Origin: Yuukianura sp. NJ FZ-2021
Lineage: Eukaryota
DNA: 64,000 nt
Direction of reading: 5' to 3'
Assembly: GCA_046563655.1 (NCBI GenBank)
Contig: CM102285.1
Span: forward strand, 1,240,001 to 1,304,000
Positions within the stretch are counted from its first letter, which is position 1, and every line of letters starts with the position of its first letter. A program made the position numbers and the translations under genes. Positions 62,131-64,000 of this stretch are shown in pieces. The notes beneath the pieces are model-generated. The model saw only the letters and a list, made by a program, of their open reading frames with translations. It was not told the DNA's origin and ran no database searches.

Positions 62131-64000
62131 TTATTTACTAAATTGAAATTCCCTTAACTCAAAATCTTTTGGAAGGTCAGCGAAAAGTTTGTATGGTTTA
62201 GCCTTAAATTTGGTTTCAAGATTCAATACCTTTAGTTTTTCCTTGCACCAGCTATTACAATTGTGATTCCTCAAGATGTACTCCCATTGTGAGTTATACG
62301 TATCGACCCAAATATTTCTCAACAACTTCATTCCCTTTTCGGGGTTTACCTCAAGTTGCTTTCCTTCATATTTCTCAATAATTTTTACATACTCAGATTT
62401 TCCTCTATACGATTCACATTTGATTACTACGTTGTCTGGTTGTGTCAGTTCCGCTTTAATCACAAAGTGGCCCCCATGTAAAATTCCTTCAATAATTAGT
62501 GCTGCATGCTGTTTAAATTTATTCTTTTTAGAAATAACTGTCACTGTCCACTTTTTAGTCAAGTCCGTTGGTTGTGCATTTCCAGAAGTTATTAGAATTG
62601 AATGTTGGTAGTCTGTTACCGGTATAAACAAATTGCAAAATGGTTTATACTCATATGTCTTTGACGGAGACCCTAGTGAACCATGAAATTGAAACAGTGA
62701 CATAAATTGGTTGTCCATAAGTCGTGAGCTGGATATGTCAACTTGACTCAACGAAAGACTAGAACTTGGAACGCTACTTTTATCAACTTTCCAGTCTTTG
62801 AATTCGTTTAGTTTGCCTTGTTCATAATGTTTTCTTAGAGAAGCCGCATCTATACTCAGCCAAACCAACTCCCCAGCAGCATCTTTCACAAGTGCAATTC
62901 GAACTTGCTGCGGAGATTTACGTGTTAGTTGAAATTTAAGCCCAGGTTGGAATGCAGAAAAGAAGAACAATGTTACTAACTTTCGTGAGTCTAAAATAAC
63001 TAAATCCCCATTAACAAACTGAGCTACAATCCAACCTAATTCAGGACGTGATGAAACATTTATAGGCATCTCTGGGTGCAATGCGCTATATTCAATAACA
63101 CACTTTATGTAAAAATAGTCTTTCTTGTAGTAGCCTTGCATGATTCTTTCTTTGAATAGAACAGTACAGAAACTTGTATTAGGTGGTACAAATTTTTTAC
63201 GTTTACTTGTATTAGGTGGTACAAATTGGTTACGTTTGACGCCGAATGTTCTGTACGTATTGCTTTGTAGATTCCAAACACCGATACAGTCAAAATTATC
63301 TATGTGTTTGGAGAAAATGTAGGAACGCGTTTCGTTTGGATCAAAAGCAATACGCGGATGCACGAAATTATTTGTAAAAGTGACGTCATGAACCAACTCT
63401 AAACGAATTTCGTCACCATGGTCAATTTCAGTCACACTGTAACAAGCAAACTCCTTAACATTTTTTACAACAATTTTCTGAAAATTTTGAAACATCAAAA
63501 TTTCAGTTTCAGAAAACATTGCCGGTATACCTTTTAGCGGAAACACTTGCCTACGTTCAGTATCACAGCCGCGTAGCTGAGGTCCAACGAAAGAAGGAGG
63601 AGGATCCTTGAGGCAAAAATAAAACACCACCAAGTTGCGTGGAGTTATTAGAACTCCCTGCTTGTCTGTATTAAATTTTTCCTTCGGTAAATTTGAGTCC
63701 TGAATACGCCAGTCAAAGCTTTCCTTCCATGCGTTACCACTAGCCTCACTCTGAAATTTCCAAACATCCAAAGTCACACCTCGGTGGGAAAAGGGGAAAA
63801 CTATGCCCAGACTACCATCTTCTGAAAAATATTTTTCAACAGCATTCTTATTCGTATGCGTGTTCAGTTTGGGCACAACCTCAATCACTTCAAATTTTTC
63901 AAAATGTAAGGAGCTATTAAAAACATACACCAAATAAGTCCCACTTGAAACTTCAAAACTAGCAGGCGTTTGGTAATCTTTAAGAACAGTTCGCGATAGT
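62131..64000 (-). CDS. Uncharacterised >600-aa protein, 5'-truncated by the window; C-terminal permuted papain-like (PPPDE/LRAT-like) motif
   Basis: The frame is open to the window edge and uninterrupted. HAALIIEG...EYILRNHNCNSWC resembles the His / YxLxxxNCN motifs. Internal FVPPNTS duplication. Confidence 0.7.
   Translation of the reverse strand, partial: LSRTVLKDYQTPASFEVSSGTYLVYVFNSSLHFEKFEVIEVVPKLNTHTNKNAVEKYFSEDGSLGIVFPFSHRGVTLDVWKFQSEASGNAWKESFDWRIQDSNLPKEKFNTDKQGVLITPRNLVVFYFCLKDPPPSFVGPQLRGCDTERRQVFPLKGIPAMFSETEILMFQNFQKIVVKNVKEFACYSVTEIDHGDEIRLELVHDVTFTNNFVHPRIAFDPNETRSYIFSKHIDNFDCIGVWNLQSNTYRTFGVKRNQFVPPNTSKRKKFVPPNTSFCTVLFKERIMQGYYKKDYFYIKCVIEYSALHPEMPINVSSRPELGWIVAQFVNGDLVILDSRKLVTLFFFSAFQPGLKFQLTRKSPQQVRIALVKDAAGELVWLSIDAASLRKHYEQGKLNEFKDWKVDKSSVPSSSLSLSQVDISSSRLMDNQFMSLFQFHGSLGSPSKTYEYKPFCNLFIPVTDYQHSILITSGNAQPTDLTKKWTVTVISKKNKFKQHAALIIEGILHGGHFVIKAELTQPDNVVIKCESYRGKSEYVKIIEKYEGKQLEVNPEKGMKLLRNIWVDTYNSQWEYILRNHNCNSWCKEKLKVLNLETKFKAKPYKLFADLPKDFELREFQFSK

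Overview
AT-rich eukaryotic DNA with short GT-AG introns, most likely from an arthropod. The window holds two tandem, near-identical Tramtrack-group BTB genes with a lola/mod(mdg4)-like architecture (constant exons at 5663-7006 and 18454-19808). Each ends in a phase-1 splice donor and is followed by an array of alternative terminal cassettes encoding DNA-binding modules. By my manual count there are about 8 cassettes after copy 1 and about 65-70 after copy 2 (21.4-62.0 kb). Most encode CCHC+C2H2/C2HC double zinc fingers; 3 are FLYWCH-like, 4 are BED-like and several are decayed. The main observation is a 60-nt intronic element just downstream of the last constant donor, identical in both genes (7014-7073, 19816-19875). 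Its reverse complement recurs in degenerate, often G-U-compatible form shortly upstream of the acceptor of almost every cassette. This looks like a Dscam-type docking-site/selector RNA-pairing system choosing among about 70 transcription-factor C-termini. Also present: a BTB-less single-cassette paralog in two inverted copies (3066-4091 +, 13922-14969 -) that lacks the docking site, several hAT-like MITEs, recent cassette duplications, and a convergent uninterrupted ORF with a PPPDE/LRAT-like motif that runs off the right edge. All exon boundaries and alignments were read by eye and need RNA-seq confirmation.
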